From a bacterium (GTDB lineage: Bacteria > Cyanobacteriota > Vampirovibrionia > Gastranaerophilales > JBAXKC01), in NCBI GenBank assembly GCA_037137535.1, contig JBAXKC010000013.1:1-62066 (forward strand): a stretch of 62,066 nucleotides of DNA, read 5' to 3'. The translations under genes and the position numbers were made by a program. Below the pieces are notes generated by a model. The model saw only the letters and a list, made by a program, of their open reading frames with translations, was not told the origin of the DNA and did no database searches. Below are positions 1 to 9,676 of this stretch, in pieces. The first letter of the stretch is position 1; each line of letters begins with the position of its first letter.

Positions 1-59
1 TATTGTGTAAATTTAATTTCTATCTGAATCAGGAAAGTTTGTTAAGAACCCGTTTGTTA

Positions 60-1409
60 TTACATCTCAACATTTCTCATCATATCTTTAAGAGTATTTA
101 TGGTTAAATCCATATTTACAGAGTCTTTAATTGTCTGTTGAAGAAATGCGTTTACTTCTGGTATTAATTGAATTGAAAGGTCAAGTTTAGGGTTACTTCC
201 TGCTTGATACATACCTACATCAATCAAATCTTTGTTTTCTCTATACATAGAGAGAATTTTCCTCATCTTTGCCGCAGCTTGAATATGTTCTTTATCGCAA
301 ATTTCGGTAAATAGCCTGCTTATGCTTCCAAGAACGTCAATAGCTGGATAATGATTCATTTCAGCTACTTTTCTTGATAGGAATATGTGTCCGTCAACAA
401 TACCTCTTACTGTATCAACAACAGGGTCATTTACATCTCCACCTTCCATAAGAACGGTATATAATGCTGTTATTGAACCAAGTGGACTGGTTCCTGTTCT
501 TTCTAAAACTTTTTGCAGCCATGAGAAAATTGATGGAGGGTAACCTTTCATTGTTGGCGGTTCTCCGATGGAAAGACCAACTTCTCTTCCTGCCATTGCA
601 CATCTGGTAACGGTATCAGTCATAAGAAAAACTTTTTTGCCTTGATCCCTGAAGTATTCGCATACAGCAGTAGCAGTTTGTAAAGCCTTCATCCTGATTA
701 GGGGAGGTTGGTCACCTGTTGAGCAGACAAGAACAGACTTTGCCATACCAGCAGGGCCTAAACTGTTTTCTACAAACTCTTTTACTTCTCTTCCACGCTC
801 TCCGATTAGTGCCATTACGTTTACATCTGCTTCTGACTCTCTGGCAATCATACCTAACATGGTACTCTTACCGACACCACTTCCTGCAAATAGTCCCATA
901 CGCTGACCAGGACCCATTGTTAGTAATGAGTCTATTGCTCTTACTCCGGTAGAAAATTTGCCATGAATGATAGGACGACTGAAAGGATCTGGTGGATTTG
1001 CTTCTACTGAAACATATTGAGCATTTATAGGGTTTAATGGTTTTCCGTCTAATGGTTCGCCTAGAGGGCTTATTAATCGTCCTAAAAGAAAATCACCTAC
1101 GGGTATAGTAATAGCGTTATTTGTAGTTGTAACCCAACTCCCCTGACAAATTCCTGCTCCGTCATATAATAAAAGCATTTGAGCCGCATCACCTTTGAAT
1201 GCAACTACTTCGGCAGGTTTTGGAATTCCTCCTGCTGCTTCAATAAAGCATAAATCGCCTATTTTAAGCCCAGGTAATTGAGCTTCAACTGTTAAACCCA
1301 ATAATTTGGTTACTCTACCTTTGTATTTGTATAGCGGAGTTGAGTTTAGAATTTCTAAACTCTTATTTTGAATATATAGAAGCGTTTGTTCTCTGTCCTG
1401 TTCGAACAT
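60..1409 (-). CDS. fliI: Flagellar/type III export ATPase FliI/SctN
   Basis: Walker A GSGVGKST, GERGREV, GEPP-KGYPPS and HYPAID motifs; adjacent to flhA and fliH. Confidence 0.93.
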   Translation of the reverse strand: MFEQDREQTLLYIQNKSLEILNSTPLYKYKGRVTKLLGLTVEAQLPGLKIGDLCFIEAAGGIPKPAEVVAFKGDAAQMLLLYDGAGICQGSWVTTTNNAITIPVGDFLLGRLISPLGEPLDGKPLNPINAQYVSVEANPPDPFSRPIIHGKFSTGVRAIDSLLTMGPGQRMGLFAGSGVGKSTMLGMIARESEADVNVMALIGERGREVKEFVENSLGPAGMAKSVLVCSTGDQPPLIRMKALQTATAVCEYFRDQGKKVFLMTDTVTRCAMAGREVGLSIGEPPTMKGYPPSIFSWLQKVLERTGTSPLGSITALYTVLMEGGDVNDPVVDTVRGIVDGHIFLSRKVAEMNHYPAIDVLGSISRLFTEICDKEHIQAAAKMRKILSMYRENKDLIDVGMYQAGSNPKLDLSIQLIPEVNAFLQQTIKDSVNMDLTINTLKDMMRNVEM

Positions 1410-1445
1410 ATTTTTTCTCCAAAGGTTCTTCTAGTCAGGTTTTAG

Positions 1446-3560
1446 TTAGTAACCATAATTGTCCGAGTATTCGTTATCGCCGATAGTATCAACTGCTTCT
1501 ACTCTTATATCGGTTATAAGTTCACTATATGAAATAACAACAACTGTCGGGATGTGTCTTTCAAGCAATTGATATAATGGTAGTCTTATTCTTGGTGAGC
1601 ATAAAGTTACAGGCTGTTTTCCAAGGCTTTGATTTGCTCTTATAAGTGTTGATGCTGTTGATTCAATTAGTTCCTGTACTTGCATAGGATTTAATAGGAA
1701 CATAGTGCCAAGTTCTGTTCTCTGACAAGAATCATCAAGTGTTTTTTCCCATTCAGAGGATAAAGTAACCGCGTAAAGAATCTTATCTTCTGTTGCATTA
1801 CTAAGGCATATCTGTCTGCCAAGAGCGGCTCTAAGTCTTTCTGACAGAATATCAGGCTCTTTAGAGAATCTTGCAAAGTCACAAAGTCTTTCAAATATGA
1901 AGATAATATCTTTGATGGAAATTTTCTCTCTGATAAGGTTAACAAAGATTTTTCTAAGATCGCTGGTAGAAATAATGGCGGGAACAAGGTCGTTAACAAG
2001 CGTTGGATCTTGACTTTTGACAAGTTCCATAAGTTTGAGAACGTCTGTTTTTGTCATTACTTCATCTACATATTTACGGACACAATCTTGAAGGTGAGTA
2101 ATAATAACATCCGTAGGATCATCTTGAGTTAAGTTATCGTTAGCATCAATTTCATTTGGTGCAAGCCAGTATGCTTGAGTTTGGAAGGTAGGGTTTACTC
2201 CGATAATCATATCAGCAGGAACCTGCTTACCTGTCGCATCCCATTGGTCTGCATTAACCATAATTCTTCCAGGGTAAACTAACCCAGTTGCAACTGGGTT
2301 TCCTCTTATTGACACAAGATATTCGTTTTCATCAAGGGCGGTACTGTCCATAATTCGGATGTTTGGAATGATAAAGCCCAGTTCATCCGTCATTCTTTGT
2401 CGTAAAGCCGCAATTTTAGCCAATAATTGACCTTCTTGTTCGGGATCGGCTATTCTTAATAAGCCCGTACCAACTTGTAAACTTAAAATATCTACACCAA
2501 GACGCTCATACATTCTGTTTGGATTAACAAGGTCTTGCATATTTTGTTTAACATTTTCAAGTTGACCGATTTGTTGTTGTACGTCATTGGACACAAAGAC
2601 AGTAAAGGCTCCAAATCCTAAAGCAACTGCCATTAATAAGAATGGGATACCCGGCAATCCTGTTATAAAGCTGGTACAAGCAATTAATAGTAAGAAAACA
2701 GCTGCAAATATTAAACTGTAAGGTTTTGCCATCAGCTGGGTCGAAATATCTCGACCTAAACTGGTACTTACCGATGTTGTCCTCGTCATTGTAATACCGC
2801 AGGAGATTGACATTAAAAGAGAAGGTAGTTGTTGCGATAAGCCGTCACCTATTGTTAATACCGTATATTTAGCAGCTGCTTCATCAGGGCTTAATCCATT
2901 CATTAAAACCCCAATTGCTAAGCCGCCTATAATGTTAATAATTGTAATAAGAATACCTGCAATTGTATCCCCTTTTACGAACTTCATTGCACCGTCCATA
3001 GAACCGTAAAGAGCAGATTCTCTTTGAAGATCTTCCCTTTTTTTAACAGCTTCTTCAGGTGAAATCAGACCTGCGTTAAAATCGGCATCAATTGTCATCT
3101 GTTTCCCCGGCATAGCATCAAGAGCAAATCTTGCAGATACTTCCGCAATACGTTCAGAACCCTTTGTAATTACCATAAACTGAACAATTGTAATAATTAT
3201 AAAGATTACACCACCAACAACCATGTTGCCGCCTGTAACGAAAGTCCCAAAAGCGTGAACAGCCGCTCCTGCTTCACCTTTTGAGAGAATTAAACGTGTT
3301 GAAGCAATGCCCAGTACCAGTCGGAACATCGTTCCGATAAGAATTACAGACGGAAATGCCGCTAATTCAAGAGGTTTTTGTACATAGATCGCAATCATTA
3401 AAAGAATGATACCAAGCGAAATATTTAATGTAATTGAAAGGTCAACCGCTATTGGTGGAAGGTCAATAAGTAACATTACAATCATGAGAAGGACAAATAT
3501 CGCGAGGATAGCCTCACTCATAGGAATCATTGGTGGTGCGCCTTGTTGTCCTTTACTCAT
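1446..3560 (-). CDS. flhA: Export gate protein FlhA/SctV
   Basis: Multiple N-terminal TM helices; FHIPEP signature RIAEVSARFALDAMPGKQMTIDAD and YGSMDGAMKFVKGD. Confidence 0.93.
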   Translation of the reverse strand: MSKGQQGAPPMIPMSEAILAIFVLLMIVMLLIDLPPIAVDLSITLNISLGIILLMIAIYVQKPLELAAFPSVILIGTMFRLVLGIASTRLILSKGEAGAAVHAFGTFVTGGNMVVGGVIFIIITIVQFMVITKGSERIAEVSARFALDAMPGKQMTIDADFNAGLISPEEAVKKREDLQRESALYGSMDGAMKFVKGDTIAGILITIINIIGGLAIGVLMNGLSPDEAAAKYTVLTIGDGLSQQLPSLLMSISCGITMTRTTSVSTSLGRDISTQLMAKPYSLIFAAVFLLLIACTSFITGLPGIPFLLMAVALGFGAFTVFVSNDVQQQIGQLENVKQNMQDLVNPNRMYERLGVDILSLQVGTGLLRIADPEQEGQLLAKIAALRQRMTDELGFIIPNIRIMDSTALDENEYLVSIRGNPVATGLVYPGRIMVNADQWDATGKQVPADMIIGVNPTFQTQAYWLAPNEIDANDNLTQDDPTDVIITHLQDCVRKYVDEVMTKTDVLKLMELVKSQDPTLVNDLVPAIISTSDLRKIFVNLIREKISIKDIIFIFERLCDFARFSKEPDILSERLRAALGRQICLSNATEDKILYAVTLSSEWEKTLDDSCQRTELGTMFLLNPMQVQELIESTASTLIRANQSLGKQPVTLCSPRIRLPLYQLLERHIPTVVVISYSELITDIRVEAVDTIGDNEYSDNYGY

Positions 3561-3568
3561 TATTTACC

Positions 3569-4306
3569 TTATATCCCTGATTCAAATGCTTTTTCAAGTA
3601 TTAATAATTGTGTTGTAAATGTTGCGTCAATCATTCCGCTGGTTGTTTCTACTATACAACAACCAGGCTCAATAGTGTCATCTTCAGTTACGCTGACTTT
3701 TGAAGAGGATTTAAAATATGATGATAATTTTGGTAAATTCATATTGATTATATCAGTATCTTGAGTATTGGCTTTAATTGTAATACTGCTATGCTCTTTG
3801 CCCAGTGTTTTTAATACATCAGAAACAATATTCATTATAATTGTGTCATCGCAAGCCACTTCTGTTTTTATTATTTTTTCGGCTACTTTTATTGCTATGG
3901 TTGCTATTTGATTTGAGTATTCACTCATTGCTCTTTCTTTTGCTTCCACAAGTTCGCTTATAGCAATTCCTAATTTTTTTAATTCTTCTTTTGCTTCTGC
4001 CAGTCCGTATTCAAAGCCTTCTCTTGCTGCTTGTTCTCTTATTACATTTGATTCTTCATGTGCTCTCGAAATAAGGTTTCTGTCATCAACCCTTCTATAA
4101 CCTCTACGTCTGTCGCCTCTTCTTCTTTCTTGTCTTTCCTGTACTACAGGCATTGCTTTAAAGAAGGAATCCATAGCAGGTGCGGGTGGTCTTTCCTCAA
4201 ATTTAGGCATAAGAGCTGTTTCATCTTCTTCATGATGAAATTGTTCTTGTATTTCTTGCTCATTAGGCACTTCTTCAAGTGATTTCTTTTTCTTTTTTAT
4301 AATCAT
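3569..4306 (-). CDS. fliH: FliH/SctL-like ATPase stalk protein
   Basis: AREGFEYG (AxxxGxxxG) helix, C-terminal GCCIVETTSGMIDAT motif; located between the fliG-like gene and flhA/fliI. Confidence 0.8.
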   Translation of the reverse strand: MIIKKKKKSLEEVPNEQEIQEQFHHEEDETALMPKFEERPPAPAMDSFFKAMPVVQERQERRRGDRRRGYRRVDDRNLISRAHEESNVIREQAAREGFEYGLAEAKEELKKLGIAISELVEAKERAMSEYSNQIATIAIKVAEKIIKTEVACDDTIIMNIVSDVLKTLGKEHSSITIKANTQDTDIINMNLPKLSSYFKSSSKVSVTEDDTIEPGCCIVETTSGMIDATFTTQLLILEKAFESGI

Positions 4307-4326
4307 TCTTGTTTTATTCCCTGCCT

Positions 4327-5268
4327 TTAAGCTGACAATCCACTTCTAATGTAATTATAAACGATTTTAGAAATAGGGTTTGAAAGTATATGTTGTCCAT
4401 TGATGTCAGGTTCAGGTAAAAGACAGTTATGAACATATTCTTTAACCTTTTCTCTTTCATTTTTTACAGTATTTAATATTTCTTCATCTGTATAAAGTTT
4501 ATTAAAGCTTTTTATATTTACCATTACCGCAGGTATTTTAGATTCGATTGCATTAAATTTATATTTAAACTCATTTAAGTATTTTAGAGCTACTGACGCA
4601 TCAAGTTTTTGATCTAAATCTTTAATATTCATAAAATTTCTTATTTGATCAGATTGTTCAACAGGCATTCCTGTTAAAATCCTTTCGGCTTTTTCTTTAG
4701 AGAAAGTTGTTAATAACAAAGCAATAGCAGCCATTTTCATTGTCGTTGATTCGTCTTCAGGTAATCCGACAGTATTCGCTTTTGCCATTTCATCAATGTT
4801 TGATTGACTTAGTATTGCATTTACATGCTCTTTGGGAATTTTACCCTGAATAGAAAGATCATTGATTGTTTTCTCATAAGTTGCTTTTACTGTGTCTTCT
4901 ACTGTTTTAACAGCATCCTCGGGGCTGAATCCCTGCAATTGTGTATTTTTAGCTGTTTCAAATACTGCAAATGCCAGAGTTTGAAGTACATGATCCCAGC
5001 AATCATTTGGTACGCTCGATTTCATAAGGTCTACACTTTTGTGAAAAGTCCATTCCCCTATAAATTGGCTTATCATGCATGCTTGTTCAGAGTTTAAATT
5101 CAAATTAGAATCTTTGTTTATTGCATCTCCTGCAAGCATGCAGAATTGATAAACTTTGCTTACAATATAATTTTTTTGATCATTATTAAAATCTGGTGGA
5201 GAAAATTCACTCGCCTGTTGAGCAAGATTTTTTGCAAATTCTTGTGGGTTAAATCCTTGTATAGGCAT
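4327..5268 (-). CDS. Atypical FliG-like protein: unknown N-terminal domain plus FliG_N-like segment, no recognisable FliG C-domain
   Basis: Sits in the fliG slot (fliF-X-fliH); residues ~177-234 KMAAIALLLTTFSKEKAERIL...YLNEF resemble the FliG N-domain KAAILL...AAEVF...VLAEF pattern. Confidence 0.5.
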   Translation of the reverse strand: MPIQGFNPQEFAKNLAQQASEFSPPDFNNDQKNYIVSKVYQFCMLAGDAINKDSNLNLNSEQACMISQFIGEWTFHKSVDLMKSSVPNDCWDHVLQTLAFAVFETAKNTQLQGFSPEDAVKTVEDTVKATYEKTINDLSIQGKIPKEHVNAILSQSNIDEMAKANTVGLPEDESTTMKMAAIALLLTTFSKEKAERILTGMPVEQSDQIRNFMNIKDLDQKLDASVALKYLNEFKYKFNAIESKIPAVMVNIKSFNKLYTDEEILNTVKNEREKVKEYVHNCLLPEPDINGQHILSNPISKIVYNYIRSGLSA

Positions 5269-5277
5269 AATTTATCC

Positions 5278-6924
5278 TTAATTTGTTTCTATCCAGCTTT
5301 TTAGGCTTGTTGCAAATTCTTCTTCGTCAAATTCATCATCTACATCATCTTTAAGCGATTGAATAGTTTCTTTTAATGTTGTTATTGCAGGCGGTGGAGC
5401 TTGTTTTGTTGTTGCAATAGTGTGATGAAGCTCTTCTTGCTTGTTTTGAAGTAAAGAGGCTCTTTCATTGGCCTCTCTGATTTGATGTTCTTGTACTTGT
5501 GTTCTTTCAATCAGTTCTTCAATGTCTTTTTGTTGCTTCATCGCTGCATTTTTTACTTTATTTCCAATGAAGACAAGTCCTACTATAAGTCCAATTCCAA
5601 GTAATACAGGTAATGTCCACCAAGGATTTCCGCTATCTTCTGATTTAGGAAGAACTTCGGGTCTTTCAGAGGCTAATCCGGGGCTTGATGATTCATCAAA
5701 GGCTATTTCTACTGAATCTGCTCTTGCTTTTGGGTTTGCTGCACGAGCTACAAGCGTTTTAAGAGTTTCTTGCGTCAGATCGGCAGGCATTGCTCCTTTT
5801 GTGATTGTTACAGCAATTGAAATATCTTCTGTCATACCTGGTTTTTTAAGCTCTGAAGTAACTGTCTTACCCGCTGCAAAGCCTAATTCCTCGGCAGTTC
5901 TGGAATATCTTCTATTTGATGATGATTCTGGCGAAGCCGGTAAGCTACCCGGAATATAAGTACTTACAGCTGAGCTGAACTTATTTCTGTCTGCTGAATT
6001 ATCTCCAAGGCCTTCCATAAATCTTTGTTTATTAAGAACAGCTGATTTTTTAGGATCGTAAGCCAGTTCGTTGGTTTCCAGCGGTGATTCTCTTAAATAA
6101 GTGCTGACTGTTACTGTAAAATTTCCTTTTCCTAATAGACGTGTTAATTGTTCAGTTACTTTTCTTTTCATGTAACTGTCTTTTTCTTCAATAAGAGTCA
6201 TCATGTCTTCTTGAGGGTCAATAATACTTGTGTAGACATTACCGTTTGTGTCGGTGATGGTTATATTTTGAGAGTCTAGCCCTGCAACACTTCCTAATAA
6301 AAGGTTTGTAATTGCTCTTACTTTTTCTTTAGGAAGTTTATCAGGCACTACTGTTAGATCATCTGTTTCTGATACCAAAGTAATCTGAACTGTTGCGGTT
6401 ATTGGTTTTTTATTTGCTTCAAATATTGTATCTTCAGGCATTGAAACAAATACGCTTGCATCAGATACACCTTCAATTTTTTTAATCAATCTGGATAATT
6501 CACCGTTCATTGCTCTTGCAAGTCTGATTTTCTTGTCATCTTTTGATGCGGTAAAGTCACTTTTATCAAATATTTCAAGCCCTACGTTTTTATCCATAAG
6601 GCCACTTCTTACAATAGCTAAAATAGCTCTGTCTCTGTCGGACATTCTATATTTCATTAAAACGATGGTTATTTTAGAGCCTTCTGTTTTTGCTTCAACA
6701 TCTTTAATTCCTTTGCTTGCAAGCAAAGACTCAATTTCTAAGGCTTGTCCTTGATTTGCTACGGTTAAGATTGGAGCAGGTGTTGAAATTACAGGCTCTT
6801 TTTCTATTCCGTCTGATTTTCCAGAGTTTAATACAACAACGACAATAAGGACAATAATCAGAACAACTCCGCCTATTATCCCAAACAAAACAGGTTTATT
6901 ATTTAGTATTGCTTTAAAATCCAT
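5278..6924 (-). CDS. fliF: MS-ring protein FliF
   Basis: N-terminal TM; GLEIFDKSDF, RAMNGELSRLIKKIEGVSDASV, ITITDTNG and ISIAV motifs; second TM and cytoplasmic coiled coil. Confidence 0.88.
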   Translation of the reverse strand: MDFKAILNNKPVLFGIIGGVVLIIVLIVVVVLNSGKSDGIEKEPVISTPAPILTVANQGQALEIESLLASKGIKDVEAKTEGSKITIVLMKYRMSDRDRAILAIVRSGLMDKNVGLEIFDKSDFTASKDDKKIRLARAMNGELSRLIKKIEGVSDASVFVSMPEDTIFEANKKPITATVQITLVSETDDLTVVPDKLPKEKVRAITNLLLGSVAGLDSQNITITDTNGNVYTSIIDPQEDMMTLIEEKDSYMKRKVTEQLTRLLGKGNFTVTVSTYLRESPLETNELAYDPKKSAVLNKQRFMEGLGDNSADRNKFSSAVSTYIPGSLPASPESSSNRRYSRTAEELGFAAGKTVTSELKKPGMTEDISIAVTITKGAMPADLTQETLKTLVARAANPKARADSVEIAFDESSSPGLASERPEVLPKSEDSGNPWWTLPVLLGIGLIVGLVFIGNKVKNAAMKQQKDIEELIERTQVQEHQIREANERASLLQNKQEELHHTIATTKQAPPPAITTLKETIQSLKDDVDDEFDEEEFATSLKSWIETN

Positions 6925-7121
6925 AAACTCCTGCGCTATAAACTAAGCTCATAGTAGTATTTTAATAATTTAAAAATGAATTTCAAATTATATTAAATTT
7001 TTTTAATATAATATTAAAATTCTAGTAAAACTGAGTTTGTATACAACCAACTCTCCTACTTTATAGCCTTATTTTATAGCAAAAAGTTAAAATAGTAAAC
7101 AAATAAGTATTGTACTTATAA

Positions 7122-7454
7122 TTATACCTGAATTGACATTATCTTTTCATAGGCTTGAAGAACTTTTGTAGTTGCTTGTGTTGCTACGTTTAAGCCAAGT
7201 TCTGCTTTTGAAATTGCTATCATAACATCATGAATATCTGCATTATTCCCAACCAATGCATCCTGCATTATCTGGTCAGGAGCTTTTACTGTTTTATCAA
7301 GGTTTACAGCCATATTTGACATAACGTCCTTAAAACTTGGAGTTTCAGGTGTATCGTTAAATCCTTCAAATCTGACAGGATTACTGAATCCGTAAACCTT
7401 TGTATCTGAAATTTCCCCTTGCAGTTGAACTTTAGGAAAAAATGGATTTGTCAT
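7122..7454 (-). CDS. fliE: Hook-basal body protein FliE
   Basis: DIHDVMIAISKAEL...KVLQAYEKIMSIQV C-terminal signature. Confidence 0.9.
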   Translation of the reverse strand: MTNPFFPKVQLQGEISDTKVYGFSNPVRFEGFNDTPETPSFKDVMSNMAVNLDKTVKAPDQIMQDALVGNNADIHDVMIAISKAELGLNVATQATTKVLQAYEKIMSIQV

Positions 7455-7460
7455 TATTTA

Positions 7461-8117
7461 CTAAGCTCCTTCCGTGGTTTTGCCTAAGTAATTTGATAAA
7501 ATATTTCTTACATAGCTTTGCGTTTCTTTAAAGGGAGGAACTCCATTGTATTTATGTACGTTTCCTGTACCTGCATTGTAGGCGGCAAGCGCCAGCACTA
7601 CATTGCCATTATATTTGCTTAAAAGAAATTTTAAATGTCTTACTCCACCGTCCACATTTTGTACAGGGTCATAAGGGTTAATTATCCCCAATGTTTTGGC
7701 AGTTGATGGCATAAGCTGCATCAGGCCTCTTGCTCCTCCACCTGATGTTGCATTCGGATTAAATCCTGATTCTTGTTTAATTACTGCTTTAACAAGTTTT
7801 TCATCAACACCGTATTTTTTTGCTATGTCCCCGACTATTTTGTTAAGTTCTCCCCTTGAATAGCCGATTGGCGGTACTATTTTATATTTGTAGTTTCCGT
7901 CAACAGGTGTGGCTTTCAATAATTCGGAAAAATTGGGTAAATGTCCTGTTTTGTCTGTTTGTTGAGGTGAATTAACATTTTGTACCTGTTGTGTTTCTTG
8001 AGCTTTTTTTACTTTAGTATTATATGTCTCAAGCATGCGTTCTAATTCTAAAACACGACTTTGAGCACTGCCCATATTACTTGAGTTTATAAGACCATTT
8101 ATTGACTCACTAAACAT
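7461..8117 (-). CDS. SLT-family lytic transglycosylase
   Basis: [25 protein letters not shown] and LALAAYNAG motifs. Confidence 0.92.
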   Translation of the reverse strand: MFSESINGLINSSNMGSAQSRVLELERMLETYNTKVKKAQETQQVQNVNSPQQTDKTGHLPNFSELLKATPVDGNYKYKIVPPIGYSRGELNKIVGDIAKKYGVDEKLVKAVIKQESGFNPNATSGGGARGLMQLMPSTAKTLGIINPYDPVQNVDGGVRHLKFLLSKYNGNVVLALAAYNAGTGNVHKYNGVPPFKETQSYVRNILSNYLGKTTEGA

Positions 8118-8128
8118 TTATCCCAACA

Positions 8129-8572
8129 CTACCTTCCTATTTCTACTGCTTTTTGCGCCATAGCCTTTGTCATACTGACTACGGCCATACTTGCTTCATA
8201 CGCTCTTGATGCAAGTGTAGCATCTGCCATATCCACTAACGGATTTACGTTTGATGCTCTGATATATCCGTTCGCATCTGCATCAGGATGTCCGGGTTTA
8301 TATATCATATCACCTGGAGTCGGATCTTCTACTACTCCGTTAAAAGTTACACCACCGGCTAAATGCGGAAGTGTTCCAACGTTAAAAACGTTTTCCTTCA
8401 TACGGTTTAGCAGTCCGTTAAAGGAAACGTCATCTTGTGCCATAACAACAGGTATCTTTCTAACATAATTCGGAGTATCTGTATTTGCAATGTTTTTTGC
8501 ATGAACTTCAAGTCTTTGTTCATGCGTAATAAGTCCTGTTGTGCCTATATCTATTGCGTCCAGTAAACTCAT
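8129..8572 (-). CDS. flgC: Basal-body rod protein FlgC
   Basis: NIANTDTP, YKPGHPDADANGYI and SNVNPLVDMAD...SRAYEA motifs. Confidence 0.92.
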   Translation of the reverse strand: MSLLDAIDIGTTGLITHEQRLEVHAKNIANTDTPNYVRKIPVVMAQDDVSFNGLLNRMKENVFNVGTLPHLAGGVTFNGVVEDPTPGDMIYKPGHPDADANGYIRASNVNPLVDMADATLASRAYEASMAVVSMTKAMAQKAVEIGR

Positions 8573-8576
8573 AATC

Positions 8577-8924
8577 TTATCTTCCTACTTGTGCTATCGT
8601 TTTATACTGTGAAATCAAGGTGCTTACTCTCCTTGATGCTACTGAATAAAAAAGAGCGTTTTTTTGCATTGCTATCAATTCTTCGGAAATTCTTACTTTT
8701 TCGCCACTATTTGTAGCTACTGGGCAAGGTCCCATTTTTTTTGAAAGTTTTGTTTCAAGCGGACTGTTAAGAGTTCCTAAATATTGAGAAAAGTTAATAT
8801 CCTGCCTTTCATAGTTAGGAGTGTTTACGTTTGTTATATTTGCACCGATAGCCTCTTGCTTCCTTGAAATAAGGTCAAGCATCATACTTGCGCTATCAAT
8901 TGGATTTGTTGGAGTATATCCCAT
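8577..8924 (-). CDS. flgB: Basal-body rod protein FlgB
   Basis: KQEAIGANITNVNTPNYERQDINF motif; directly upstream of flgC. Confidence 0.88.
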   Translation of the reverse strand: MGYTPTNPIDSASMMLDLISRKQEAIGANITNVNTPNYERQDINFSQYLGTLNSPLETKLSKKMGPCPVATNSGEKVRISEELIAMQKNALFYSVASRRVSTLISQYKTIAQVGR

Positions 8925-8942
8925 AATTATCTAATCCTTAAA

Positions 8943-9656
8943 TTATTGTTTTAAGTTTATTGCTTGTCTGTAAAGGTCATCGGTCACTTTAATCATACGG
9001 GTACTGGCTATTACGCTTCCGTTAAGTCTTAAGACATCTTGAACAAGGTCAGGTAAATTAACGTTGGACCTTTCAAGATTACCCTGTTTAAGGCATAAGT
9101 GGTCTTTTACTATATAAGGTTGCCCGGATGCCTGACAAGGAATGAATTTATTCCCTTCAATAGATTGTAAATCTTCAGGGTTTCTAAACCTTACGAGTGG
9201 AATTTTTCCTAATATTTCTGTATCTTCATCTCTGTTTTTTACACAGGAAACTACTCCATCTCCTGAAATTTTAAGTCTGTAATATTCTCCGGGAATTTTA
9301 ATTCCATCGCCGACAAGACAGCCGTCACTTGTAGTAAGATAGCCTTCATTACTTAATTTGAAGGCTCCGTCTCTTGTGTATGAAACCTGTCCGTCTTTAC
9401 CTGTTACAGGAATATAGCCGGGGCCATCTACTGCAATATCAAGCGGTTGATTTGTAGCCATAAGAACACCCTGTTTTTGATTTGTTCTTATAGTTCCGTC
9501 AATTCTACCGTAGCCTGTCATGTAGTTTTCAAATCTTTGTGCTTTAAAGGCAACAGTATTGTAGTTAGCAGCACTTGTTGTAGTGTATGCCAAAGAGTCA
9601 AACATTTTATCTGCATTATTTATGGAGCGGGATATTATACCTTGTAATGTTTCCAT
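8943..9656 (-). CDS. flgG: Distal rod protein, FlgG family (divergent N-terminus)
   Basis: TNQPLDIAVDGPGY, YTRDGAF, F-NPEDLQSIEGNKF and QGNLERSNV motifs. Confidence 0.78.
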   Translation of the reverse strand: METLQGIISRSINNADKMFDSLAYTTTSAANYNTVAFKAQRFENYMTGYGRIDGTIRTNQKQGVLMATNQPLDIAVDGPGYIPVTGKDGQVSYTRDGAFKLSNEGYLTTSDGCLVGDGIKIPGEYYRLKISGDGVVSCVKNRDEDTEILGKIPLVRFRNPEDLQSIEGNKFIPCQASGQPYIVKDHLCLKQGNLERSNVNLPDLVQDVLRLNGSVIASTRMIKVTDDLYRQAINLKQ

Positions 9657-9676
9657 TATTCACCTATATATTTCTG

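Noticed and set aside
5522-5959. 145-aa antisense ORF and other short ORFs overlapping fliI, flhA, fliH, clpB, tonB, ftsY, ileS, panB and gpmI
   Set aside because: Shadow ORFs inside well-supported genes, with no recognisable motifs
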